Source of the DNA: a virus
DNA: 45,875 nucleotides
Direction: 5' to 3' (one strand)
Virus record (IMG/VR): IMGVR_UViG_3300048919_000216
Location: 1-45,875 of that record
In this document: piece after piece, positions 13,999 through 23,098 of the stretch
How the letters are laid out: each line of letters begins with the position of its first letter
Position numbering within the stretch: position 1 is the first letter of the stretch
Position numbers and translations under genes: made by a program
Notes under the pieces: model-generated
Seen by the model: only the letters and a program-made list of their open reading frames with translations
The model's database searches: none
Told to the model about the DNA's origin: nothing

Positions 13999-16143
13999 CT
14001 AGTCGCTAAACGCCCCCTCAGTCGCCCGCTGCACTTCATTGCCGAGTTGTGCAGCCGCTGCGCTCCCAGCCGCTTGAGGATCTGCAACGCCCGTGATGTT
14101 AATCGGCGCATTCACGGTGACAGTGACTGGCTGCTGGTTTGTCACCCGCACATCCTGTGTCCCGTTCGGCCTGGTCATTTCCGCGATCGACGTCGCGTCG
14201 ATGCGAACAATGTCATCAGCCGTCTTCCCCGGCAGTGTGTCAGTCGTTCCGCCATAGCCAGCAGCACGAGCGCGGTTCGCGTTGTCCATCGCTGCCTGCG
14301 CAGCCACACGAGACGACAGCCCCGCTTGCGGATCGGGGGCGGTTGGGGCAGTCAGGGGATCATCCATACCAAGAAGACGCAGCAGGCCATCGCGGTATTT
14401 CTTCTGATTATCAACCTGCTGCTGAAACGTATCGCCCGGCGTGTCACCCAAGCCTTGGACGGATAGACCAAAGCCTGCTTGCGAACCGAAGCCCTTCAGC
14501 CATTGTCCGGCTCGACTAATCCACGGCAAGACCTCTGGAACATTCCCGCCGCCTTTCGATCCTTTCGAACCCGGCTTGCTGCCGTCCCCACCTATTCCCG
14601 GAAACTCGCTCAAGACGCCAACCGTTTTCAAAACGGAGAGGGCAGCGCCAGCGCCAGACAGCAACAAAAGCGCCGAGGCAAGCTTTCTCACCGTTCCCGC
14701 GAGCATCGCGATGCCAGCAGCGTAGAGAAAGAACTTGAAGCCGTAACCCGCCATCTCAGTCATGAACTGCGCAAGCGGATTGTTCTGCATTGCATCATTC
14801 AGTTCGCGGATGGAAGCGCCCCATTCCTTGGCCTGCATGAATATGCTGCCGATACGATCGGCGGCGTTGGGATCGACCGGGCCGAGGAGAAGATCGCCGA
14901 TATCATGCACGAGGTCGCGAACTCCGCCGTCGTAACCAAGCCCCTGCGTAAAGCCTTTCATTGCGGTCGTGAACTGGTCGAGTATTGTCACGCGGTTTCC
15001 GAGCGTATCGATGATTTCACCGATCGCCACCGCGCCCTCACGGATGGAGGGCAACATACCGTCACCCATTTCCGAGAACTTGTTCGAGATCTTGTTTCCA
15101 AGCAGATCGAGAACATTGCGCGTCGTGTTGGCGCGCTGGACATACTCTTGAAAGGCCGAACCAGAATATTTCGTCCGATCGGCGACAGCGCCGAGCGCAT
15201 CATCCAGCAGTTTGATGTTACCAACAAGCGGCATGAAGGCGCTTGCCTCATCACCGAAAAACTCTGACAGCAAAGAGGTCTGTTGATGCTTCGGTGCCTT
15301 GGCGATCGCCGTCAGCACCTTGCGCATGGTGCCTTTCGCATCCTTCTGCATGTCTTTCGCGATCGACGGCAGGTGCAGGCCGAGCGCCTTGGCGGCATCC
15401 TTCTGCGACTTCTTGGCGAACTCGCCTTTGGTCAAGGCCCGGATGACGTTCTTTAGCGCCGTTCCTGCGGTGCTGGCGTCGGAACCTGCCGCGATCATGG
15501 CACTACCCATGGCCGCGACGTCTTCCTTTGCAAAGCCGCTCATTTCACCGATCGCGCCGACGCGCAGCATGAAATCAGTTACGTCCTTGGCCTTGGACGC
15601 CATATTGTTTGAAAGGTGGTTGATGGCATCGGCCATGTCGCCAGTTTCGCCGACTGTCAAGCCGAGCTGCGTTTTCAGCTTGGCGAGACTTTCACCCGCA
15701 TCGGCGGCACTCATATCGAACGCGACACCAACACGCGCCGCCATTTCGGCGAAGCTTGTCAGATCCTCGGTCGCAATGCCCGACTCGCCAGCCGCAGCAA
15801 ACAGCGCAGCAATCTCGGTTGAGGCGAGGGGGATTTCGTTTGACATGCGCCGGATGGAGCGGCGCATATTTTCGAACTGTTCGTCCGTGGCCTCGACGAC
15901 TTTTTTCACGTCAGCGAAGGCGGTCTCAAATTCGATCGCGGATCCTGCCGTAGCCGAAATTCCCTCACGCGCACCGAGATAGCCGGCACCCAGGGCAATT
16001 GCTTGGCCCATGAGCCCGCGCATGGGCGCGAACGCCTTCATCTGCTGGTTTTGTAGCCGGTCGAGCGTCCGAAAAATCGGCGCGGATTTGGCAACGACAT
16101 CTTCCAGCAGGGAGATGCGCAGCGTGCTTTGCGTCACAGACAT
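13999..16143 (-). CDS. Tail tape measure protein
   Basis: 714 aa, Ala/Gly-rich helical protein with the conserved tape-measure core (MSNEIPLASTEIAALFAAAGESGI...). It follows the E/E' chaperone genes. Confidence 0.9.
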   Translation of the reverse strand: MSVTQSTLRISLLEDVVAKSAPIFRTLDRLQNQQMKAFAPMRGLMGQAIALGAGYLGAREGISATAGSAIEFETAFADVKKVVEATDEQFENMRRSIRRMSNEIPLASTEIAALFAAAGESGIATEDLTSFAEMAARVGVAFDMSAADAGESLAKLKTQLGLTVGETGDMADAINHLSNNMASKAKDVTDFMLRVGAIGEMSGFAKEDVAAMGSAMIAAGSDASTAGTALKNVIRALTKGEFAKKSQKDAAKALGLHLPSIAKDMQKDAKGTMRKVLTAIAKAPKHQQTSLLSEFFGDEASAFMPLVGNIKLLDDALGAVADRTKYSGSAFQEYVQRANTTRNVLDLLGNKISNKFSEMGDGMLPSIREGAVAIGEIIDTLGNRVTILDQFTTAMKGFTQGLGYDGGVRDLVHDIGDLLLGPVDPNAADRIGSIFMQAKEWGASIRELNDAMQNNPLAQFMTEMAGYGFKFFLYAAGIAMLAGTVRKLASALLLLSGAGAALSVLKTVGVLSEFPGIGGDGSKPGSKGSKGGGNVPEVLPWISRAGQWLKGFGSQAGFGLSVQGLGDTPGDTFQQQVDNQKKYRDGLLRLLGMDDPLTAPTAPDPQAGLSSRVAAQAAMDNANRARAAGYGGTTDTLPGKTADDIVRIDATSIAEMTRPNGTQDVRVTNQQPVTVTVNAPINITGVADPQAAGSAAAAQLGNEVQRATEGAFSD

Positions 16144-16550
16144 TTACTGCCCCATGATGTTCTTCAGTTCGGTAACTTTGTGGAAGTAGGCCAGCAGCTT
16201 TTCAGGCGACCAAAGCTCGATGGAATCGAGGGCCGTATGTCCGAAATGGGCGACGTAGACGGCGATCAATCGCCAGTCGTGGGTTTCTTCTTTTTTGTGT
16301 CGTTTCCCAACAACTCAGACGTGGCATCAACGATCTTGGAGAAATCTTTTGCGCCGATTTTTTTGAAAGCCGGAAGCGGAACGTCGGAAATGGAAGCGAG
16401 GATTGCAGACATTCTGGCAAGCTGCCCGGTCCCGATCTGGTCGCCGAGGATCAAGTCGCCGACAGTCGGCTCGCGGAAGGTGAGTTCGGAAAAAGTCTGG
16501 TCGCCATGCGTGACGGGCTTGGACAGCGAAACAGTGACGGTATCGGACAT
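16144..16550 (-). CDS. Tail assembly chaperone frameshift product (P2 gpE+E'-like), made by -1 slippage
   Basis: After A AAA AAG the -1 frame reads EETHDWRLIAVYVAHFGHTALDSIELWSPEKLLAYFHKVTELKNIMGQ*. It ends at 16144, directly abutting the tape-measure ATG (16143). Confidence 0.7.
16266..16550 (-). CDS. Tail assembly chaperone (P2 gpE-like), zero-frame product
   Basis: 94 aa from MSDTVTVSL with an AGAGG RBS. It ends ...GNDTKKKKPTTGD just after the slippery site. Confidence 0.75.
   Translation of the reverse strand: MSDTVTVSLSKPVTHGDQTFSELTFREPTVGDLILGDQIGTGQLARMSAILASISDVPLPAFKKIGAKDFSKIVDATSELLGNDTKKKKPTTGD
16290..16296 (-). promoter_or_regulatory. Slippery heptamer A AAA AAG (programmed -1 ribosomal frameshift site)
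   Basis: On the minus strand ACA AAA AAG AAG. This is the canonical X XXY YYZ pattern in the canonical position for tail chaperone genes. Confidence 0.7.
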
Positions 16551-16648
16551 GATGGAACCTCTAAGGAAAGCGCACACGGCGCGGCAGTGCGGTCGATTGA
16601 CAGCGCACGATGGGTTTGGAATAGATCTGAGAGATCGAGGAACAGACT

Positions 16649-16831
16649 ATGACCGGAAGCCTAAGCGAACTTGCAAAAGCTCTTGAGCCGCTGCGTCAGG
16701 CCGGACATTCGTCAGAAGAGTTGGTGCGGGCTTGGAACCTCATTCAGAGGGCAGGGCCATCCGTCAGCGATCTTGCCATTGCACTAACGAAAAAGAGTGC
16801 AGGGGAGCCAAACGGCAACCCCGCCCCTTGA
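16649..16831 (+). CDS. Possible small helical protein (60 aa) on the opposite strand between the tube and chaperone genes
   Basis: A GAGGAA RBS lies 8 nt upstream of the ATG. It sits in an otherwise unexplained 264-bp gap. Support is weak. Confidence 0.3.
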   Translation: MTGSLSELAKALEPLRQAGHSSEELVRAWNLIQRAGPSVSDLAIALTKKSAGEPNGNPAP

Positions 16832-16836
16832 GGCCG

Positions 16837-17351
16837 CTAATTCAGCAGCAGCGCGTTGCGGATATCCGCATATTGTGAGACGCCGCCCACCTTGAAATCG
16901 AAGTCGTCGATTTCGTAGATTTCCGCGCCGTCGATTTCCAGCTTGTAGTAATTGACGTCAACGGCGTAGTCGTTTCGGCCAGGTCGCCGCCCTTCCATGT
17001 TCCCGCGTCGGGCTTATACATTTTGCCCCGGATGGAAACGACGGCGCTATGTGTGGTGCCGTCTTCATCCACTAGCGCGCCGGTAATCAGGAACGGAGTA
17101 TCGACGCCAGGCTTGAGGCCGAAGAGTTTCAGGATCTGAGGATCAAAACCCGGCATCTTGAAGCCCATTTCCAGAGCGTTGTAGCCGAGGTGGACGTTGC
17201 GTTCCTTGATCATGCCAGCGTTGCGCATGGCCTCGCGCTTCGCTTCCGGCACGGGCAAGGTGATATCGCCGATCTGGCCCAGCTTGCTTTCGCGATCCGC
17301 CCACAACATGCAGTCGCGCAGGATGAAGCGGGGAAGTGTTTTTTCTGCCAT
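16837..17351 (-). CDS. Major tail tube protein (P2 FII family), reading frame disrupted near 16973..16975
   Basis: The N-terminal 126 aa (LPRFILRDCMLWADRESKLGQIGDITLP...) fit the tube family. The conserved C-terminus NDYAVDVNYYKLEIDGAEIYEIDDFDFKVGGVSQYADIRNALLLN is in the -1 frame with a stop at 16837..16839. The ORF-track frame (16842..17351) ends in an S/T/R-rich nonsense tail. Confidence 0.8.
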
Positions 17352-17364
17352 GTCTGGCTACTCC

Positions 17365-18828
17365 TTATGCGGCAACCGCAAGCGGGCCGGTTTCGATCAG
17401 GCCGTTCACCTCGTCCATAAGCAGACGATAGCGAAGGATGTTTCGGTGGGTCGTGATGCGGATCTGCTCCATGATGCCGACCGGCTCAAATTCCACATCG
17501 AGGAAGGTATGACCGTTCGCCATCAGCGTCGGATCGTTGAGAACCGGGAACCAGCAGCGACCGCCAAGAATGTCCTGGTTGTTGGTGAACACGCGGATAG
17601 CCGCGTTTCCATCTTCCAGCATCAGCTTGTAATTCGCCTTGATCTGCTTCCGGTCCACATAGAGGAAATAGATATCCTCCAGCGCCTCGTTGATCATGTC
17701 GGCGGTCGCGCGGACGCTATCGAACTGCCACAGCGGATCATCTGTAGCGAGGCGGCTACCCCAGGTGCGGAATCCGCCGCGCTCATTGATGACCGTCGCC
17801 ACCTGCTTTTCGTTCAGATAGTTGCTGTCATCCGGATACATGATCGTGCGCGCAACGCCGTCGATCGTGCGAATGATCTTGTTCGAGACCGAACCGGAAA
17901 CACCTTCTTCAGAGGCCACCACGCGAGCGCGGACGCCAGCGAATACAGGCGCGACCGGCTTAGTGACCGGAACGCCACCGACGTTCCTGATCACCTTTGG
18001 ATCAATGATCAGAATGCGCCCGCCGTTGATCGTTTCGCGGAAGCGCAGCGCCTCTGCGTTTGTCGTGTTCGGGCCACTGATATAGCCACGGGCGCGAATT
18101 TTCGGGCAGATGGTATTGAGGGCCGAGACGAAGGCGTTTGCAACATCGCCCACATTGGCAGTCGCCTGCGGCAACACCTTTCCGGCGTCCGCGCCACCGC
18201 CTGTGAACGTCAGAACAGGTGCCTGCGAAAGTCTCTTGCCGGGCTTGACGACTTGAACTTCGACAACCTTACCGCCATTCGCGCCCGTACCCATGATAGC
18301 CAGCAGCGTCGGCAAGCTCTTTCCCGGATCATTTCCGCCGCCCGTAGCCGTCACCACCGGTGCTTCCGTCATCTTCGAACCTTCGGAGGTCAACGATACG
18401 GAAACAACGCCGTCCTCCACCCATGCGCCCGTATCACCCGCCGTGATCACGACGCGCGGCTGATAACCAGTCAGCCCCTTGGCCTTCAACGCCGAGTAAA
18501 TACCCGTACGCGCAACAGGATCGCCGATCAGGTTAGATTGCAGAACCGCCGCGTCTGCATCATGCGCCACGCGGTTGAGGATGCACCAAGAGCCGCCTTC
18601 ATTGAAAACGGTCGTTACATCTTCCAGCAGGGTGCCAGCAGCACCCAGCGCCGCCGCCTGCTGCAGTGAGGTGACAAGCGTTGGATAGTTAAGCGGGAAG
18701 GCGGCAGGATCTGCGTCGGGCGCAGTGCCGTTGATGAATGTGATGCCTTGGCGCTGGACACGAAGAAGCGACGGGGTTGCCGCGCTTTCAACAAGTGTCA
18801 CGCCATGAGCATAGGCGAGGTCGGCCAT
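17365..18828 (-). CDS. Contractile tail sheath protein (P2 FI family)
   Basis: 487 aa, directly upstream of the tube gene. The C-terminal block RGGFRTWGSRLATDDPLWQFDSVRATADMINEAL is typical of sheath proteins. Confidence 0.9.
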   Translation of the reverse strand: MADLAYAHGVTLVESAATPSLLRVQRQGITFINGTAPDADPAAFPLNYPTLVTSLQQAAALGAAGTLLEDVTTVFNEGGSWCILNRVAHDADAAVLQSNLIGDPVARTGIYSALKAKGLTGYQPRVVITAGDTGAWVEDGVVSVSLTSEGSKMTEAPVVTATGGGNDPGKSLPTLLAIMGTGANGGKVVEVQVVKPGKRLSQAPVLTFTGGGADAGKVLPQATANVGDVANAFVSALNTICPKIRARGYISGPNTTNAEALRFRETINGGRILIIDPKVIRNVGGVPVTKPVAPVFAGVRARVVASEEGVSGSVSNKIIRTIDGVARTIMYPDDSNYLNEKQVATVINERGGFRTWGSRLATDDPLWQFDSVRATADMINEALEDIYFLYVDRKQIKANYKLMLEDGNAAIRVFTNNQDILGGRCWFPVLNDPTLMANGHTFLDVEFEPVGIMEQIRITTHRNILRYRLLMDEVNGLIETGPLAVAA

Positions 18829-18925
18829 GATGGTCTCCTTTGGAAATAACCAGCGATGTTAGGGAAGGGGGCGGCGACAAAGCGCCTGGTCGTTTCAGGC
18901 CACGCAATAGATGCGGGGCGGGGCG

Positions 18926-19387
18926 TTAAACGGTACCAGAAGGCACCAATTCGGACGGAGCGAGGATCTGTGCGGCGCGGGTTTCGCCGAACAAAGCGGT
19001 AGCGATCTGCTGCAACAGCGGCCACAGTTCGTGGTCAGAGCGATATGATGAAGCGCTTTCGAAAATCTTGCGAGTGCGTAGATCCTGCTCGGCCATTGCC
19101 GCGCCGACTGCGTCAGCCTCATCTTTCGTCATCCGCTCCCAAAGGTGAACAGGGTAGAGAACGGCCACCATTTCAGGATCTGGCACGACAGGCAGCTCTT
19201 GATACTCCCATCCGCCATCCTTTGGGACGTAATTTTCGCCCGGCTTAAGCGGGTATGAGATCGTGCCTTCAGGGTAGGCTGACAAAATTTCTTGTGATGG
19301 TTCGGTAAGGGTTTGCCAGTACCCACGTTCAGGATGGAAAAAGCCGTGGGGGTCGTCCTCAATGACGTGGTTAATTGCTTCGGCCAT
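18926..19387 (-). CDS. Hypothetical protein downstream of the tail fibre (possible fibre assembly chaperone by position)
   Basis: 153 aa. Only the position after the fibre gene supports the functional suggestion. Confidence 0.5.
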   Translation of the reverse strand: MAEAINHVIEDDPHGFFHPERGYWQTLTEPSQEILSAYPEGTISYPLKPGENYVPKDGGWEYQELPVVPDPEMVAVLYPVHLWERMTKDEADAVGAAMAEQDLRTRKIFESASSYRSDHELWPLLQQIATALFGETRAAQILAPSELVPSGTV

Positions 19388-19398
19388 GTGTCGCCTCC

Positions 19399-20667
19399 TT
19401 ATCTAAGCTCAAGCCACTTTGTTAATCCAAGATAGGAACTTCCGGCGGTAAGTCGGTAGTAGTGATTTGGAGGTACTTCGAATATTGGGAAAGCATAATA
19501 ATACGTAGTATCAGATGTACCAACAAATTGACCCCTATTTGGAGTCAGCCACGTATTTCCGTCAGAAGATACCTGTCCTTCACAGAAACCATATCTGGCC
19601 GAACCTGCGGGGGATACGACAATGGTTCTGCCAGTAGTATTCTGATATGCAACACCGGCCTGTCGATTGGCCTGTACATCCAGCCAGCTTTGACCAATGC
19701 CGAGACTTGGCGGAACGTTATTAGCCATATATTCTTTGACGGCAGCAGCGTCCGGAAACTTGTTCTGGACACCGGAAGCTATCTCAGATGAAGACGCCTT
19801 GTTACCGGCGTGGGGAACGACGTTTCCGTTGACCTTGAAGCCACCCTTCACGTCCCAAGTGCCAGAGCGGAAATCGTAATAGCCGTTGATGCTGCCATCG
19901 TAGGTCCGCATCGCCATGCCCCACCAACCGCTCAGAGAGAAGTTGTATGTGCCGAAACTCGCGCCGTCGCCATTGCCTTTGAGGAACCCGTTAAATTGAC
20001 CGCCGTCCTCAAAGTTTGGAACGCGCAATTGCGTCACAGCCCAAAGGTCGTAGAGGATAGACTTTCCGTCCGCTCCTAAGGACATGGCAGTTTTCATGTT
20101 GGCGCCGCCAGCCCAACGGTCCGTTGAACATTGAAATACTAAACTTCCAACTTGGCCCTCCGGGGTGTCCTTTATAATTCGCCAGCCGGTTCCCGTGGCA
20201 GCGTCTCCCCACCACAGTTGCGGATAGTCGAACGCGAGCTTCAGGATCCACGACATAGAGTCGCCAGCCTTATTCAGCTTCTTGCCGATCGCTGTGTTCA
20301 GCAGCGAAATGTCCACAGCGAGAGCACCAAGAGCTTCTGCTGTGGCTTGCGCCTTCGCATAGTAAGACGGCAACTGCCCGCCGAGCTTGGCTGCATTAGG
20401 CGCAGTCCCGGCAAGTATGTCGTCGATCACGGCCTGTGCGTTCGCGATCGATTGCTGAAGAGCCGATAACTGAGGCGCAACACTGACTTGGATGTAATCA
20501 AGCGCTGCTTGAACACCTTGCTCTTGCAAGATTTCGAACGTGGCCTCGAGCGCTTCACGCGCCTTCAGTCGGGCGTCGAGATTAGCCATCACCCCGTTCC
20601 ACAACGCCCGATCGATTTTCGTCGGAGGCCACGAGGGTAACTGATAGCCGTTAGACTGGTCGGGCAT
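19399..20667 (-). CDS. Tail fibre / receptor-binding protein
   Basis: 422 aa from MPDQSNGYQLP. It has an N-terminal coiled-coil shaft and a C-terminal tip ...GQSWLDVQANRQAGVAYQNTTGRTIVVS... of the kind common in fibre tips. The last 400 nt or so are conspicuously AT-richer. Confidence 0.75.
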   Translation of the reverse strand: MPDQSNGYQLPSWPPTKIDRALWNGVMANLDARLKAREALEATFEILQEQGVQAALDYIQVSVAPQLSALQQSIANAQAVIDDILAGTAPNAAKLGGQLPSYYAKAQATAEALGALAVDISLLNTAIGKKLNKAGDSMSWILKLAFDYPQLWWGDAATGTGWRIIKDTPEGQVGSLVFQCSTDRWAGGANMKTAMSLGADGKSILYDLWAVTQLRVPNFEDGGQFNGFLKGNGDGASFGTYNFSLSGWWGMAMRTYDGSINGYYDFRSGTWDVKGGFKVNGNVVPHAGNKASSSEIASGVQNKFPDAAAVKEYMANNVPPSLGIGQSWLDVQANRQAGVAYQNTTGRTIVVSPAGSARYGFCEGQVSSDGNTWLTPNRGQFVGTSDTTYYYAFPIFEVPPNHYYRLTAGSSYLGLTKWLELR

Positions 20668-20821
20668 AGTCGATGACCTCCTCGCCATTGGCTTCGATGA
20701 TGGCGGTAAGCATCGCACCCGCCATCTCGATTTCATCCAAAGGCTTGTAAGTGAACGCCCCGTGCTTGACGGACCGCGTCAGTTTCACGGCGTACTTCTT
20801 TTTTGCGGCATAGGTCGCCAT
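20651..20821 (-). CDS. Small coupled ORF (56 aa) between the large tail protein and the fibre
   Basis: MATYAAKKKYAVKLTRSVKHGAFTYKPLDEIEMAGAMLTAIIEANGEEVIDYARPV. It overlaps the fibre start by 17 nt. Confidence 0.4.
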   Translation of the reverse strand: MATYAAKKKYAVKLTRSVKHGAFTYKPLDEIEMAGAMLTAIIEANGEEVIDYARPV

Positions 20822-20829
20822 AGATCACC

Positions 20830-23091
20830 TCACAGAGCGGCAATGAATGCATCCTGCACGAACGGCACGGACACAGCGTTGTTGGTGGTAGCCGCAGGGC
20901 GCAACCGGGCTTTCGTGGTGGCCGCGCCGAGCGAGTAAGTTGAAAGGAATGTCCGGCGCTTCGGTTCGTTAGGATCGACTGTGACCGTGGTCGCCGTGGG
21001 CTGGATGACCGTGTTCCCCACCCGAATAGCCGGGCTGAAGGTGTGAGCGTTAGGATCGAAGCGATCGACAGTGAATTGCGTTATGATGGCCGACGTCGAA
21101 ACTCCGAAGTCGAATTCCTTGCTAACGGCCTTCATGTCGGTGCGATTGCGGGAGACCCGTGAAATCGCCTTGGCGTCGAGCTGGATCATCGGCTGCAAAT
21201 CGACCGTACCCATCATCACCATGCGCAGTTCTACAGATGCCGGTAGGCCGACCAGCGGATTTGCTGCTGGGTCGCCGTCATCCAATTCCGTCCAGACGGT
21301 GCGCCCTGCAGGTCGGATTTCGAACGCGAGAGCGCAACCGGGTGGAGCCCAACCGGCAAACAGCATGTCAATTTCTGTCATGCCGTTCTGCAGGGTGAGC
21401 GCATGCATCGGAATGACCGTGCGCGGGCTGCGGAAACGTGCTGCGTTGACGCGGAAACAAAAGTCAATTTCTGTTGACCCCTGCGCGAAAGCGCCATCCG
21501 TGCAGACGAACTGAGAACCGCCTGTGAACTTGTTTGCCCCCGAAATGTGGACCGAATGCGCGCCTGTCGTGACCGTCACAAAAGCATAGCGACGTCCGCT
21601 TTCGAGCAGCGTGATCGGCAAAGCGAACTTATTCCAGCCGACCACCAAATCCGAATGCTTCAGCGTGCCGCGCGCCAGCACAGAATCAAACTTCGGCGTC
21701 CCTGCAGGCGTGGTTTCGGTAATCAGCACATGCACATCACCATCATTGCCGACACGGGCAAAAGAAATGTCCAAGCTGGTCATCTGCATCGGCTGCGCGA
21801 CGAGGAACGTTTGCGCGTAGATCGAGCCGTTAAGACCGACTTCTTCGCTCACATAGTCCCAATAGCTTTCCGTGTAAGACTCGTAGCGGATGGTTCGCAC
21901 GCCGTAGCGACGATGCCCGCCGCGACCGCCATATTCGGCGACGACTTCGAACGTTTCGCCGCCGATCGCAAACGTCATCCCGACGCGCGCGCCAGAAACA
22001 ACGCCCGACCAATAAGCGTTATTCTCGCAGACCTCTTGCGTTGGGCCGTAGATGATGCGGGTGCGGGACACATCCTTCAGCACCGCAGTGATCTGCGTAT
22101 GGACGAGCTGCGAGATATTGAGCGTGCTATCGAGCGACGCATTGGAGATCCGCGTTACCTCGTCGAAGGCGGGGACCATGCGCCGATTGCGAAACATGAT
22201 GTTCGGATCGTCTTCGGCCTGCACTTCAAGACGAGCTTCGATCGTCGCCGCAAACGGGAAGCGAACGCCCTCATTGATACGCGCCAGCCAGTCGGCGTGC
22301 AGGTTGTCCCACTGGTCATAAGTCAAGCCCGGATCGAACCTGTAAGCACGCGCATCGTCGGGCAAGTTGAGTTGCAACCGGGCGGCACCCACGTCGCGCT
22401 GCATCTGCCGGATAATTTCCGGCCGAGGAATTTCGCTGAGCCTGCCGACGATGTTTGTGATCTGCGTTTCGATGGTCGATGTGCGCAGGAAAAGGCTGTC
22501 GAGATCGACTTCAAGCGCCGTCACGCGGCCTTCAACCTCGAACAGAGTTTTCACTCGGTCGCTGTTGCCTGGTTCGATCACATCGATGCCGGTTGACTTT
22601 AGCAGCACGTAAGCAATGCAGGCATCCGTTTCGGCGACGATCGGCTTTGCCGGAACCGGATTGGCTTCACCGGGCTGCACGAGCAAATTGACGACACGGC
22701 TGATCGTCTTCGGCGTGGTGCGTTGAACGATGACACTGGTTTCCGGGTCGGTCGAGGCTTCGAAAGGCCGGTTGGCGGTTTCGGTGATTTCTTCGCCGCG
22801 CAGCAGGATAGCGACCCAACGCTGATCGGAAGCAGCAGCCGGAATATTGAGCTGCAAGTTCAGGTCTTTTGGCTGCGCATGATCATAAACCACTTCACCA
22901 TTCACATAACGACCAGGTGAAACAGTGATGGTCTGCGCAGACTTGCGACTGACCGTGAACGCGGCCCAATGAGCGGGATAACCGATAGCGTCACCCCAAA
23001 CACGATCGGTCGCGGCTTGCGCTTGCGCGCCCATCGCTTCGAAATCGGCGTGTTCGGCAATTTCCGCTTCGTTAAAGAGAGTGCGCTTCAT
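20830..23091 (-). CDS. Large tail/baseplate-distal protein (753 aa), likely host-specificity or fibre-anchoring component
   Basis: It occupies the position after gpI where P2 has gpH. ATG 23091 (MKRTLFNEAE...) lies 8 nt after the gpI stop. No motif was recognised. Confidence 0.65.
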   Translation of the reverse strand: MKRTLFNEAEIAEHADFEAMGAQAQAATDRVWGDAIGYPAHWAAFTVSRKSAQTITVSPGRYVNGEVVYDHAQPKDLNLQLNIPAAASDQRWVAILLRGEEITETANRPFEASTDPETSVIVQRTTPKTISRVVNLLVQPGEANPVPAKPIVAETDACIAYVLLKSTGIDVIEPGNSDRVKTLFEVEGRVTALEVDLDSLFLRTSTIETQITNIVGRLSEIPRPEIIRQMQRDVGAARLQLNLPDDARAYRFDPGLTYDQWDNLHADWLARINEGVRFPFAATIEARLEVQAEDDPNIMFRNRRMVPAFDEVTRISNASLDSTLNISQLVHTQITAVLKDVSRTRIIYGPTQEVCENNAYWSGVVSGARVGMTFAIGGETFEVVAEYGGRGGHRRYGVRTIRYESYTESYWDYVSEEVGLNGSIYAQTFLVAQPMQMTSLDISFARVGNDGDVHVLITETTPAGTPKFDSVLARGTLKHSDLVVGWNKFALPITLLESGRRYAFVTVTTGAHSVHISGANKFTGGSQFVCTDGAFAQGSTEIDFCFRVNAARFRSPRTVIPMHALTLQNGMTEIDMLFAGWAPPGCALAFEIRPAGRTVWTELDDGDPAANPLVGLPASVELRMVMMGTVDLQPMIQLDAKAISRVSRNRTDMKAVSKEFDFGVSTSAIITQFTVDRFDPNAHTFSPAIRVGNTVIQPTATTVTVDPNEPKRRTFLSTYSLGAATTKARLRPAATTNNAVSVPFVQDAFIAAL

Positions 23092-23098
23092 TGTGTCC

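Noticed and set aside
16981-16992. An exact match to the lambda cohesive-end 12-mer GGGCGGCGACCT (minus strand) lies inside the tail tube gene, only about 6 nt from the frame disruption.
   Set aside because: It encodes part of the conserved tube sequence (KGGDL). A GC-rich 12-mer has roughly a percent-level chance of occurring in a 46-kb high-GC genome, and cos sites of gpA-type terminases lie next to terS. It is worth a glance only if read termini pile up here.
17197-18669. A 490-aa plus-strand ORF lies opposite the sheath gene. Similar long antisense ORFs occur at 21547..22596, 28347..29201, 37696..38871, 39160..40023, 43320..44081 and 45029..45715.
   Set aside because: These are shadow ORFs typical of high-GC DNA. 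They have Arg/Ala/His-rich junk-like composition and no RBS. Each lies fully antisense to a gene with clear family motifs. 43320..44081 even runs through the repressor terminator and operators.
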